DNA of 64,000 nt from an uncultured bacterium (GTDB taxonomy: Bacteria > Actinomycetota > Acidimicrobiia > Spongiisociales > UBA5794). Shown here one piece after another: positions 39,201 to 47,696 of this stretch. Position numbers and translations under genes: made by a program. Under the pieces are notes generated by a model, which worked only from the letters and a program-made list of their open reading frames with translations, was not told the DNA's origin and did no database searches. How positions within the stretch are numbered: the stretch's first letter is position 1; every line of letters starts with the position of its first letter. The DNA is taken from assembly GCA_963801165.1 (NCBI GenBank), contig CAWDDT010000005.1:416001-480000 (forward strand), read 5' to 3'.

Positions 39201-40889
39201 CGCGTCCCAGACGGTGGTGCCCTCGGGGACGGCGAGGGTCACTGTGTAGGTGATCAACTCACCGATAGTCGCCTGGCTAGAGGCGTTGTTCCCCGACTCG
39301 GTGATCCCGGTGGTACGAGTGCTGGCGAGCGTCACCGCAGGGGTGACGACGTTCGAGGCATCGTCGGCCGACGCCGTGTTGCTGCTTCCTGCACCCGCGT
39401 CGACATTGCTGCTGGGAACGTAGGAGAAGGGATCGTTGTTCGTGGCCGAGGTGTAGGACACCACCCCGGCGTGATTGCCCAGCGTGGTCGACGGAGCGAT
39501 CCCGGAGGGAATCGTGGCGTCGTACGTGACCGCGACGGTGGCTCCCGCGCCAACCGAGAGCGTGCTGGGCCCCGTCCACTCGACACGGTTGGCTGCGTCG
39601 TCGCACGCCCCGCCGTCGCTGATGGTCGAGATCTGGGAGGTGCACGGCGCCAGCAAATCCGGGAGCAGATCCCAGACCACCACATCGGCCGCGTCGACAC
39701 CACCGGAGTTGCTGACAGACAGGCGGTAGGTGACGACGTCGTCTTCCTTCACCGTGACTCCGTCGAGGCTGCCTCCCGTACTCACCGTATTCACCGCGAT
39801 GACACCCTTGGTCAGATGCACCTCGGGTTCCAGGACCTTCACGATGGCCGCGTCCGAGTTAGTGATGGTCGACCCGCTCGTGGTGTGGTGGTAGTGGTTG
39901 GCGATACTGGTGACGTTCTGCCCCGATGACGTTGCTGCGGGTTTGGTGATCGTGGTTGACACGACCACTTCCAGACGTTCCCCGGACGCCACGTAGCCGG
40001 CGCCGTCACCGATGTTCCAGGTCAGCGTGCCGGCTCCGGTGACGACGCCCGCTCCGTCGACATCGGAGACCGGGACGGTGTTGCCCGATCCGGGTGCCCA
40101 GGTGTCGTTGGCCGTGTAGGTCTGCCCTGTCGGCACCGGAAACGTGACCTGCGAGTCGGCGGTGGTGAGACCGCTCGGGTAGACGACGCTGATCCGCCAG
40201 CAGACCTGGTCACCGACCCGGTAGCTCGTGGCGGCCGTGTCGTTCCACGTCAGTCCCGCCCCGTCGGAGCAAACAGCCGGCTGGGTCAGGGTCGCGGGTC
40301 GGGTGGCGATCTCCTCGGTGACCGCCACCCCGCCCGCGGTCTGGCCGACCGTGGCGGTGTCGTTGACGTCGGTTCCGTCCACCGTGCCGTCCACCCTGGC
40401 GGCATTGGTCCACGAATCCCGTGCCAGAACGGGCGTGTCATCGGCGAAGCCCTCCTGGTAGTACGCCCCGGCCTCGGTGGAGAAGGTGATCTGGGTCTGG
40501 GTCGATGGCCCCATGTCTGCCAGATACCAGATCAACGTCCATGTTCCGTTGCTGTTCTCGGTGGCTGTGGTGTAGTCGGGCGAAGCGGCCACCCCCCCGG
40601 TGCAGTCGGGGTCGCCCGCTCCGTCAGGACACAACCCGTCGGGCAGCGTGTCGGTGACAACGATGCCCGTGGCCATGGTCATATCGGCCGAGGTACCCAC
40701 TGTCAGCGTCCAGTTGCTCACAGCACCCTGGAAGATGGCGTTGTTGTCGACGGCGACGGCGACGGTGAGGTCGTCGACAGCCGCCTCCGCTCGCGGGGAG
40801 CCCGGAATGAGCACGACAGCGCCCAGGAACGTGAGGAAGGCGAGGACGACGCGCAGCACACGCGCTAGGTATCCAGGCTTCGCAGTCAC
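33285..40889 (-). CDS. Giant (~2530 aa) LPXTG-anchored surface adhesin: DUF11/fimbrial isopeptide (D2-like) domains plus SdrD B-like repeats
   Basis: Signal peptide (..RAEAA), repeated G..VTYTL.V.N...D.LP.G units, 12 IGD.VW.D.D.DG..D.GEPG repeats, and C-terminal GLPLTG plus TM. GTG start 40889 follows GAGG. Confidence 0.88.
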   Translation of the reverse strand: MTAKPGYLARVLRVVLAFLTFLGAVVLIPGSPRAEAAVDDLTVAVAVDNNAIFQGAVSNWTLTVGTSADMTMATGIVVTDTLPDGLCPDGAGDPDCTGGVAASPDYTTATENSNGTWTLIWYLADMGPSTQTQITFSTEAGAYYQEGFADDTPVLARDSWTNAARVDGTVDGTDVNDTATVGQTAGGVAVTEEIATRPATLTQPAVCSDGAGLTWNDTAATSYRVGDQVCWRISVVYPSGLTTADSQVTFPVPTGQTYTANDTWAPGSGNTVPVSDVDGAGVVTGAGTLTWNIGDGAGYVASGERLEVVVSTTITKPAATSSGQNVTSIANHYHHTTSGSTITNSDAAIVKVLEPEVHLTKGVIAVNTVSTGGSLDGVTVKEDDVVTYRLSVSNSGGVDAADVVVWDLLPDLLAPCTSQISTISDGGACDDAANRVEWTGPSTLSVGAGATVAVTYDATIPSGIAPSTTLGNHAGVVSYTSATNNDPFSYVPSSNVDAGAGSSNTASADDASNVVTPAVTLASTRTTGITESGNNASSQATIGELITYTVTLAVPEGTTVWDARLFDDLPANLDLVSSSHTFDGEEALVLTEDGAADSVTIDFPDPSYRNAPGTGNDTLVLTLVARVIDVPANSRGTSIGNSAAFTWLDQNAVFHTKGTSVSTTVVEPLLSIAKTSVDSIGNNGTVVGNETVDYTLTVTNPATTSVGTAHDLEIVDTLPEGVTLTIPVPDGGVWAADGTPGDGVGGTITWSVASLAAASSLARTYEVTIDDPVVVSTTFVNTVTVDGSSIAGAAAVERSAGTGYHASAGRILNTPLAGLSRDVDPGSATIGDVVTYTLDVTMPPGTIMYDATVIDSLPAGMEFDGLVSSNCDMGGGPCDPMVTATEIGIAGSTTAAFFFGDIDISSATGEERVVTIEYRAHLLDSGVAGNTRVSSASVYGNQTDKIAGTPSSVPLPSSFDVAVGPATDTVTVVEPRLTIDKDVAGQVGDGDYRRAVPGENLSFTIVATGSSASHTSAAYDLVIVDTLPEGLAVTLPVPGGGVWVADPTPGDGVGGTITWTDPGPLAPGASLTRTYEATVDASLNSSDEDDGSREATNTADITSYYAVAAAARAANPTFTYRNYDNVTADTVQVELDLASIGSAVWFDVDADGVWDAGEPPFPGVDLTMTYLGLDGVVSGDDEPHLVTTASDGSALVEHLPGGSYTVVVDASDIPAGFVPSYDLDGGTLSPDGGWGPGPLGESEDKLDVDFGYTGSGSIGGTVWFDSDRDGMLDGAEYRLEGVTLTVTWLGLDGVPGGDDVVYTTATDGSGGFLISRLPGGIYTIDIDDATVPAGMGATYDTDGVGTPGSTVVILGGGTVDPDEDFGYAGTGTLGDFVWLDRDGDGVQDGTEPGIVGVPVQLTWPGEDGVLGGGDDEPFLTSTDSDGLYTFANMPPGEYQVTILAGLPEAAPNTFDEDGGSDATAVVTLSDGETHLTADFGFHGTASIGDIVWWDLDGNGALDAGEPGIPGVAVALTYAGLDGTFGNGDDLSFATTTGAGGGFLLADLPAGDYRVVIDSGVPGGLVQTYDEDGGLDGVSLVAGLTVDEIHLTADFGYEGTGSIGDYIWLDIDSDGVQDVAEPGLPAVDVAVTWFGVDGTPATADDFTLDTTTDIDGNYGVSGLPAGGYGVAVDPGSLPTGVIPTHDYDGLSTLHRSVTTLAGGATDDTQDFGYDGGADIGDLIWFDQDGDGAPGTAEYGIEGVVVDVIWAGPDGIHATADDETFTATTGPDGSYLVSNLPPGNYAVVVDPASLPSGMVGSNDEDGVLDDRTLFAVAEGETHLSADFGYYGTGSIGDLVWFDQNGDGTVGADEPGIPGQDVEMIAAGGDNVIGTADDEIYDLATDGDGSYLFANLPPGTYRIAITGVIVSRADNTYDEDGDHNSGVDVTLAGGATDHGSDFGYHGTAQIGDLVWLDVDADGSTDAGEPGVPDAGITVTWLGGDGVAGGGDDFVAVATTSDLDGGYVATGLPAGNFEVAVVSGIADGLGNSGDPDGNGDGRTVIAGVNPGDTETAIDFGYAGGGTVGDSVFWDLDADGMQSPREPGMSDVPVSLTWAGWDGSLATGDDVTWAATTDGTGGYLFTDLPPGTCLVAIDGTAVPPGVGPASDPDTVTDGATQLVIGPYETHREIDFGLRGDGTAAGTIWIDVDSDGDRQTGEPGVRDGVVTITYLGPDAPTGTDAVFTAVTGTDGTYHVPGLPSGFYEIEFDEASLPDGLALTGDNPIPVTLGAGATVAGIDFRTTGTGTIGGTVWNDRDGDELRGDAEVGVASVGIDVVWRDQSGDVLLAGETDAFGAWRIENLPPGIYDTAIDPLSVPLGMSPTTATDVPIVVDPAGTAAADFGIALMLRVGSKVWVDGNGNGVVDAGEDGVSAVLVNLYDELGSLVAFTGTDGGGSYGFDDLFPGTYVVQIDYASVPGHLRPTWDRDGVIDMVTTVDLTGGVHVLDANFGFQAGLPLTGFDVDVLALWGALLTMFGIGLVLASQIYNGRDQDGEPSG
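33420..37480 (-). repeat. Array of 12 diverged SdrD B-like coding repeats (boundaries approximate)
   Basis: Repeats begin S/TIG..VW.D and end DFGY/F, with EF-hand-like DxDxDG loops. Confidence 0.8.
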
Positions 40890-41010
40890 ATTCACCTCAC
40901 GGCGGCGGGAGATTCCGGTTACTCCGACCACCATCCCTGTCGGCATGGACGAGGCGGAGATAACGCCAGGAACACGGGGGCGACACCGTGGGGTGCGCTT
41001 GGCGACGGGG

Positions 41011-41601
41011 CTAGACGGACATACCCCGGATCAGGAACTCGACTGCGATTTCTGCGATCTCATGGACCTGGCCCTTGGGGTCGGCGGTGTCCATGATGGT
41101 CCGGCCAGCGCCCATGATGATTTGGAACATGAGCTGGCCGGCTACCCGGTGCGGCAGGTCCCGGAAGACACCTGCAGCGACACCGTCCGCGTACACCCCG
41201 GCCAGCGCCCCAACCAGACCGGCATGAGCCGCGGCCACCCGCTGTTGCGCGTCGTCGGAGAGTTGCATGGCTTCGGTGTGAAGGATGAGACCGAGGTGGT
41301 CCAGCCCTACGAACTCCACCGTCCTGGTCCCAAGCTCCCGCATCCGTGCGACCGGATCGGCGTCAGCCGGGATGCCGCCGACGATCTCAGCAATGAGCGC
41401 GGGAAGCCGCTCTTCGACGAGCTGCACGAGAAGGTCCTCGGTACTTTCGAAGTACTCGTAGAACGTGGTGCGCCCGATCCCGATCTCGGCAGCCAGATCC
41501 GCATGCGTAGTGTCCCGAAAGCCGTGGTTCACGAACGACTCGAGCGCCGCGTCGAATAGGGCAACCCGTGTCTCTTCACGTGAAGACCGGCGACTCGGCA
41601 T
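41011..41601 (-). CDS. TetR/AcrR family regulator
   Basis: GFRDTT.ADLAAEIGIGRTTFYEYF; ATG 41601 follows GGAGG. Confidence 0.88.
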   Translation of the reverse strand: MPSRRSSREETRVALFDAALESFVNHGFRDTTHADLAAEIGIGRTTFYEYFESTEDLLVQLVEERLPALIAEIVGGIPADADPVARMRELGTRTVEFVGLDHLGLILHTEAMQLSDDAQQRVAAAHAGLVGALAGVYADGVAAGVFRDLPHRVAGQLMFQIIMGAGRTIMDTADPKGQVHEIAEIAVEFLIRGMSV

Positions 41602-41611
41602 CAGACCTCCG

Positions 41612-42403
41612 TCATTTACCGTAGCGCCGGTTGCTGTGTGTGAAATCCCGAAGCGCGCGGAGAAAGTCGACTCTGCGGAACTCCGGCCAGTAGACATCGA
41701 CGAACGAGAACTCGGCGTAGGCGGCCTGCCAGAGCAAGAACCCCGAGAGCCGGGTCTCGCCGCTCGTACGGATGACGAGATCCGGGTCGGGGAGATCCGG
41801 TGTGTACATGTAGGAGCTGAGGGTGGCGACATCAATGTGCTCAGCCATCTCTTCGGGGGCGACTCCATTAGCAGCGAGGCTGCTCACCATCTCGCGGGTG
41901 GCATCGATGATCTCCTGACGCCCTCCGTAAGCGAGAGCGATGGTTACGTGGCGGCTCCCCTTATTACAGGTGGCGGCCAGCCGCTTGGCGGCGTCGGTCA
42001 GCCGTTGTGGCAGCAGGTCGAGGCTGCCGACGAACCTGACGGCAACGTCGTGGCCCGTGATCCTTTCCGGTATCGAATCGAACAGGTCGATGAGCACCTC
42101 GTAGTAGGGCTCCAACTCCTCGACCGGCCGGGACAGGTTCTCGGTTGACAGCAACCAACAGCTGATTGCGTGGATCTTGAGCTCGTCGGCCCAACCGAGG
42201 AACTCGACGACCTTGTCCATTCCCTCTCGATAGCTCGCCGCATAGTCCGGCAGCCTCTCGGCGCGGGCATAGCGCCGGTGGCCGTCGTGAATGACCCCGA
42301 TGTGCTTAGGAAGTTTGTCCCGATCGAGGAACTTCAAGATACGCGCTTCGTAGATGCGATAGAGCGGCTTCTTGGCGATCCTCTTGAGCTTGTTCAGATT
42401 CAC
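41612..42403 (-). CDS. uppS: cis-isoprenyl transferase (short-chain Z-prenyl diphosphate synthase, Rv1086-like)
   Basis: PKHIGVIHDGHRRYA, LSTENL.R, YGGRQEI, PDLVIRTSGE.RLSGFLLWQ and RRYG. Leaderless start: TAGACT, 6 nt, GTG. Confidence 0.9.
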   Translation of the reverse strand: MNLNKLKRIAKKPLYRIYEARILKFLDRDKLPKHIGVIHDGHRRYARAERLPDYAASYREGMDKVVEFLGWADELKIHAISCWLLSTENLSRPVEELEPYYEVLIDLFDSIPERITGHDVAVRFVGSLDLLPQRLTDAAKRLAATCNKGSRHVTIALAYGGRQEIIDATREMVSSLAANGVAPEEMAEHIDVATLSSYMYTPDLPDPDLVIRTSGETRLSGFLLWQAAYAEFSFVDVYWPEFRRVDFLRALRDFTHSNRRYGK

Positions 42404-42512
42404 CCGCAAAGTCTACGCCCCAATCCGTTTATGCCGACACCGATATATCGAAGCTCTGGAGACCCCGCTTGAGCCACTACCGTTTGAGCGAATCGCCCGG
42501 TAGCCTCGTCGC

Positions 42513-43184
42513 GTGCAACTCAACGACGACCTGAAACGCTGGACGCTGGGCCCGATGCAGAACCCCGTGCGGGGTATTCTCCACGGCACCGCCGCCGTCA
42601 TCTCATTGCTGGGGACGGTTCTGCTGGTGGCCAGGGCCAACACCGGCAAGGCGGTGATAGCCGCGATCGTCTTCGGCATCGGGCTGCTCGGTCTCTACAC
42701 AACGAGCTCGCTGTACCACTCGATCCCATGGCGAGACGGATGGAAACGGCGCATGCAGCGTCTCGACCATTCCATGATCTTCGTCCTCATCGCCTCCACC
42801 TACACCCCGATCGCGCTGATCATCCTCAATGGCGTATGGGAGTGGCTCGCTCTTGCCGTGGCGTGGGGGATCGCCCTCGTCGGGATCATAAATCGGCTCC
42901 TCGGGTCGATGGAGCGCCACGTGTTCTCGTTCAGCCTGATGCTGATCCTCGGGTGGCTCTCCATCCCGCTCCTGTTCCCGCTGGCGCACCGTGCGGGGAC
43001 ATCAGCCGTGGTGCTGATCGCGGTGGGCGGCGGTCTCTACACGATGGGGATGATCTTCAAGGTGACGCGCTGGCCGCGGCTGTGGCCCCGCGTCTTTTCG
43101 GCCCACGAGCTCTTCCACGTATGTGTGGTCGCCGCCTCGGTGCTGCACTGGACCGCGACCTACCGGTACGTTCTCTCGCCCTGA
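42513..43184 (+). CDS. trhA: PAQR/hemolysin III family membrane protein
   Basis: SSLYH, RLDHSMIFVLIA.TYTP, GGGLYT.G and HELFH; divergent from uppS as is common in actinobacteria. Confidence 0.9.
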   Translation: MQLNDDLKRWTLGPMQNPVRGILHGTAAVISLLGTVLLVARANTGKAVIAAIVFGIGLLGLYTTSSLYHSIPWRDGWKRRMQRLDHSMIFVLIASTYTPIALIILNGVWEWLALAVAWGIALVGIINRLLGSMERHVFSFSLMLILGWLSIPLLFPLAHRAGTSAVVLIAVGGGLYTMGMIFKVTRWPRLWPRVFSAHELFHVCVVAASVLHWTATYRYVLSP

Positions 43185-43191
43185 ACGGGTC

Positions 43192-43527
43192 CTACGGGGT
43201 GCGGTCTCGATGGGGTTCCTGTAGGACCAGCAGTCGGCCTACCTCGTAGCCGCCGTTGTGATATGAGTACTGCTCGCCACCCTCGAAAACGAGAACGTCT
43301 CCCGGTGTCACCAATGCGGTCTCACCGTCGCAGGTGAAAAGCACCTCGCCGCGCAGACCTACGTAGATCTTCTCATTGCGCTGCTCGGCGAAGGGCGGGT
43401 GCTCTCCCCCGATCGGCACTTCGACGACTCCGATCGACAGCTCGGCGAAAGTCTGCGGGGTCATGTTGCGGACGTTGAGCGTTCCAAACGGGAATGGGGC
43501 TTCGTCGCGGTACGTCTTCAGTTCCAC
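43192..43527 (-). CDS. Cupin domain protein
   Basis: EKIYVGLRGEV...PGDVLVF.GGEQYSYHN cupin pattern; GGAGG RBS. Confidence 0.75.
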   Translation of the reverse strand: MELKTYRDEAPFPFGTLNVRNMTPQTFAELSIGVVEVPIGGEHPPFAEQRNEKIYVGLRGEVLFTCDGETALVTPGDVLVFEGGEQYSYHNGGYEVGRLLVLQEPHRDRTP

Positions 43528-43671
43528 CTGAGTACCTCCATGGAGATAACTCTACGGACGACGACGCAGCGTGTGAAATCTGACCGCGGTGATCCGGTGT
43601 CAGTTGCCGGAGCCGTAGAGCCGACGCCTAGTCTTGAAGCCGGAAGTTCGCCTCAGATCGAGACGCCGGTA

Positions 43672-45093
43672 ATGACCACCACCCACCGCGCCAAGCAACG
43701 AGATCGCAGGCTGCCCACACGGGCGCTGTGGTTGCTGCTCGCTGCCGTGGTGTTCATCATCCCGCTCGTCGTTCATTTCCCCGACCTGTCCCCGGCAGGG
43801 CATCGCATGCTGGCGATCTTCTTTGTCGCCATCGTGTTGTGGGTCACAGAGGCGATCCCGCTATACGGCACGGCCGTCCTCATCATCTTTCTCGAGATCC
43901 TCATGATCAGCGACCAGGCGATCGTGACTCTCCCGGCCGGTTTCGAGCCGAGCAGCTACCGCAACTACTACTCGGCGCTGGCGGACCCCGTTCTGATGCT
44001 CGTGCTCGGCGGCTTCTTTCTCGCCATCGGTGCGGCACGATTCCAGCTCGACAGAGCGGTAGGCAGGATCATGCTGCGGCCGTTCGGTGACCGCCCGACC
44101 CGCATCATGCTCGGTCTCATGCTGGTTACGGCGACGTTCTCGATGTTCATGTCGAACACCGCTACAACTGCAACGATGATGGCGGTCGTCCTTCCGGTGG
44201 TGGCGGCGCTGCCCGAGACCGACCGCCTGCGCGTCGCCATGATCCTGTCGATTCCGTTCGCCGCGAACATCGGCGGGATCGGCACCCCGGTCGGTACTCC
44301 GCCGAACGCGATCGCCATCGGACAGCTCGCCGAGGTCGGGATCTCGGTCAGCTTCGGCAAGTGGATGGTGATGGCTGTGCCCGGCGTCGTGGTCATCATC
44401 CTCATCGCCTGGTGGGTGTTGCGTCTGATGTTCCCGTCCGACACGGAGTCGATGACGGTGCGGATCGAGGGTGAGTTCGTGCATTCCCGTGATGCCCACA
44501 TCTTCTACGGGGTGTTCATCGTCACCGTTCTCCTCTGGCTCACCGAGTCGTTGCACGGGGTGTCCTCGACCATCGTCGGCTTCATCCCCGTAGTCGCCTT
44601 GCTGGTGACGGGGGTCTTCAACGAGAAGGACCTCCAGAAGGTCCAGTGGCACGTCTTGTGGCTGATCGCAGGTGGCATGGCGTTGGGCCGGGGAATCCTC
44701 GATTCGGGCCTCGACCGGTGGGTCATCGGTCTCATCTCCTGGGAGAACATCGGGCCGACCGTCGTCGTTGCCCTTTTCGCTCTTGCCGCGCTCTCGCTCG
44801 CCACGGTCATGTCGCACAGCGCCAGCGCCAATCTGATCATCCCGCTCGGCATCTCGGTTGCCACCTCCCCGGTACTCGACCTGGATCCACTCGTGGTTGG
44901 TTTCATGATCGCCATCGGGGCATCGCTGGCCATGTCGCTGCCCATCTCGACTCCGCCAAACGCCATTGCCTACAGCTCGGGACTCATCAAGACGGGGGAC
45001 ATGGCCAAAACCGGCATCCTCATCGGCATCATCGGTCTGATCATCTACCTCGTAGTGTCACCACTTCTGTGGTCTGTGCTCGGTGTGACATGA
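43672..45093 (+). CDS. SLC13/DASS family anion permease
   Basis: WVTEAIP, SMFMSNTAT, ANIGGIGTPVGTPPNAI and LPISTPPNAIAY. Start probably ATG 43672. Confidence 0.9.
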   Translation: MTTTHRAKQRDRRLPTRALWLLLAAVVFIIPLVVHFPDLSPAGHRMLAIFFVAIVLWVTEAIPLYGTAVLIIFLEILMISDQAIVTLPAGFEPSSYRNYYSALADPVLMLVLGGFFLAIGAARFQLDRAVGRIMLRPFGDRPTRIMLGLMLVTATFSMFMSNTATTATMMAVVLPVVAALPETDRLRVAMILSIPFAANIGGIGTPVGTPPNAIAIGQLAEVGISVSFGKWMVMAVPGVVVIILIAWWVLRLMFPSDTESMTVRIEGEFVHSRDAHIFYGVFIVTVLLWLTESLHGVSSTIVGFIPVVALLVTGVFNEKDLQKVQWHVLWLIAGGMALGRGILDSGLDRWVIGLISWENIGPTVVVALFALAALSLATVMSHSASANLIIPLGISVATSPVLDLDPLVVGFMIAIGASLAMSLPISTPPNAIAYSSGLIKTGDMAKTGILIGIIGLIIYLVVSPLLWSVLGVT

Positions 45094-47081
45094 CTTCTGA
45101 GGCGATCGTCGACATCGTGTTCTGCGCCTCGAGTGATGCGACCACGTGCTCGCAACTCGAACGCGACCTGGTGGCGCTCGCCGAAGGTGCCTTCTCGGTC
45201 CGGACGGTTACCTCGGCTGCCGACCTGGTGCGCGACGCCGGCTCTGCTGTAGCCAAGGGGGCTATCGTCCCGCTTGTGTTTGTCGACGAGGTCCTGCGCG
45301 ACGCCAGCGGCCTGGCCACCCTGGAACGTCTTCGCGACACCCCGGGCCTCGAGATGGCGCGCCGCATCCTCATCACGGAGAACCCTCCCGACGTGACCGG
45401 TGTGAGCGACGGGCTCCTCACTGTCCCGTGGAACCCGCAACGGCTGAAATCGCTCGTCTCCCGGTTGGTAACCGAGTACTTCGTAGAGGAGGCCCCACAG
45501 GAGGTCGACGAGGTCGCCGACGTTGTCGACGTTGACGTCCTCTCCCGGGCATTTGTCGAGGTCGAGGAACGCGCCCAGGCAGTCACCGAGCGTCTCGCCC
45601 TTCTGCAGCGCTCGTTTCTCGAGGACCGCGCTCTCTCCGACGATGAGGTCGAGGAGGAGATGATCGCGGAGATCGACCGCTCTCTCGGTGACCCGCCGCG
45701 CGTCACCGTCCCCACCGGGACGAGGATCCTCACCGCAGGCGAGCCCGTCGACGGGATCCGCGTCGTCGTCTCCGGCCGGGTACATCTGACCCTCGAGGTG
45801 GATGGGCGCGAGATCGTATTCCATGCCCGGACCGCGGGGCGCGTGATCGGGCTCAACGCCATCGCCCTCTCCGAGACCGCGGCGTTCTTCAACGTCGACA
45901 CCATCGAGGAGACAACGTTCATCCCGCTTACCCTGGAGCAATTCGACGATGCCCTCCGTCACAGCCCCACTCTTGCCATTCACTTCGTCTCGGTGGCGTT
46001 GCGGGCGATGGCGCGACGAAACCAGCGATCGATCGAGCTACGCACAACCGTCGACCGTCTCGCCCGCGACCTCGAGCAAGAGCGCGACGAGCTGGCGGTC
46101 GCGATCGACCGTCTCAATGAGACCCAGGCCCGGCTCGTCGAGTCCGAGAAACTCGCCACGCTCGGGCAACTCGCCGCCGGGATCGGTCACGAGCTGAACA
46201 ACCCCGCCGCTGTGGTCAGTCGTGCCGCCGATTTCCTCACCGAGGACATCGAGGCGCTGACGGCAAGCGTGCCCGGGGCCGACATGTTCATCGACGCAGT
46301 CAGGGTCGCCAGAAGCCGGCCGCCCGTGTCCACCCGCGTGCTGCGGCACCAGACCAAACAACTCGCCGATGATCTCGGTGACGATGCTCTGGCGCGCCGT
46401 CTGGTCCGGATTGGAATCACCACCCGGGCCGAGTACGAGAGGCATTTCGAGGACATTCCAGACGCCGAGGTACAGCTCGACCGCATGGAGCGGTTCCACC
46501 GTATCGGTACCTCGATCCGCAACATCGACACCGCCGCCGAGCGGATTGTCAGACTGGTCGGCTCAGTACGCTCGTACGCCAGGGGAAACCAGGAGCAGGC
46601 CGTTGCCTGCGACATCCGCCCGGGGATCGAGGAGACTCTGCTTCTCCTCGGTCACGAGCTGGTATCCGTCACAGTCGAGACCTCATATCCCGACGAGACA
46701 CCTTGTGTCGACGGCTACCCGGGCGACTTGAACCAGGTTTGGACGAACCTCATCACCAACGCCATCCAGGCTATGGACCAGAGCGACGCCCGGCTGGCCA
46801 TCGATGTTTCCATGTCGCCCGAAGGTGACGTCGCCGTCGCCATCACCGACAACGGTCACGGCATCGCACCCGAGAACCTGGAGCGGATCTTCGAGCCGGC
46901 GTTCACCACCAAGTCGGGCAGGATCGAGTTTGGCCTCGGTCTCGGGCTTCAGATCGTCAAGGACATCGTCGTGCGTCACCGTGGCTCGATCTCGGTCGAG
47001 TCGGAACCGGGCCGCACCTGCTTCACGGTGGCGCTGCCTGCTTCCCGCACCGGATGCGGCGACAATGGAGGCGTCACATGA
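45090..47081 (+). CDS. Soluble sensor histidine kinase: degenerate receiver, cNMP-binding domain, HisKA/HATPase
   Basis: GEPVDGIRVVVSGRV (cNMP fold), GHELNNP, LNQVWTNLITNA, DNGHGI, FTTK and GLGLGL; ATGA-coupled to the permease. Confidence 0.88.
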   Translation: MTSEAIVDIVFCASSDATTCSQLERDLVALAEGAFSVRTVTSAADLVRDAGSAVAKGAIVPLVFVDEVLRDASGLATLERLRDTPGLEMARRILITENPPDVTGVSDGLLTVPWNPQRLKSLVSRLVTEYFVEEAPQEVDEVADVVDVDVLSRAFVEVEERAQAVTERLALLQRSFLEDRALSDDEVEEEMIAEIDRSLGDPPRVTVPTGTRILTAGEPVDGIRVVVSGRVHLTLEVDGREIVFHARTAGRVIGLNAIALSETAAFFNVDTIEETTFIPLTLEQFDDALRHSPTLAIHFVSVALRAMARRNQRSIELRTTVDRLARDLEQERDELAVAIDRLNETQARLVESEKLATLGQLAAGIGHELNNPAAVVSRAADFLTEDIEALTASVPGADMFIDAVRVARSRPPVSTRVLRHQTKQLADDLGDDALARRLVRIGITTRAEYERHFEDIPDAEVQLDRMERFHRIGTSIRNIDTAAERIVRLVGSVRSYARGNQEQAVACDIRPGIEETLLLLGHELVSVTVETSYPDETPCVDGYPGDLNQVWTNLITNAIQAMDQSDARLAIDVSMSPEGDVAVAITDNGHGIAPENLERIFEPAFTTKSGRIEFGLGLGLQIVKDIVVRHRGSISVESEPGRTCFTVALPASRTGCGDNGGVT

Positions 47082-47563
47082 ACCGGCTGGTCATTCTCTG
47101 CATAGAAGACGAGGACGAGGTCCGCGAGGCTGTGATGCGCGACCTCGAGGTGTTCGAGCCTGCTTTTGTGGTCGAGATGGCCGAGGACGCCGCCGACGCC
47201 AGGCAAGCCACCGCGGAGATCGCGGCCGCAGGAGACACGATCGCGCTGGTGATCGCCGACCACCGACTACCCGGGATGCAGGGGACCGACTTCCTGATCG
47301 AGCTTCACCACAGCCCGGCGACGGCGCCCGCCCGCAAGGTGCTGCTGACCGGGCAAGCGGGGCACGAGGACACCATACGCGCCATCAACGAGGCGGGCCT
47401 CGACCATTACATCTCCAAGCCGTGGACGCCTGAGGAACTGCACGCCGTAGTCCGAGAGCAGCTCACCGAATTCGTGCTCGAGAACGTCGTAGATGTACTG
47501 CCTTACGTGGCGGTCCTCGACGGACCCCGACTGTTGGAGCGCCTGGCCGACGACTCGGTGTGA
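47078..47563 (+). CDS. Stand-alone response regulator (receiver only)
   Basis: IEDE, IADHRLPG..G, LLTGQA and YISKPW. Confidence 0.9.
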   Translation: MNRLVILCIEDEDEVREAVMRDLEVFEPAFVVEMAEDAADARQATAEIAAAGDTIALVIADHRLPGMQGTDFLIELHHSPATAPARKVLLTGQAGHEDTIRAINEAGLDHYISKPWTPEELHAVVREQLTEFVLENVVDVLPYVAVLDGPRLLERLADDSV

Positions 47564-47696
47564 CCGCTCGGGGCCCCGTCGATCTCGACGGGCGCTGCCA
47601 TTGGAAGTGACAGATTCGGGACATAGTCCTCTTTTCCGGCCCTCTCGGAGTGACGTACGTTGAGATGACAGCGAGACCCGCAGCTCGGAGGACTAG

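Noticed and set aside
11870-43184. 'Hemolysin' labels for the HlyC/CorC and hemolysin III genes as virulence factors
   Set aside because: Both are housekeeping membrane families (CNNM and PAQR).
47618-47632. GGGAC-ATA-GTCCT as a DosR box or Pho box upstream of phoD
   Set aside because: The spacer is 3 rather than 4 nt, and no 11-bp-period Pho repeats were seen.
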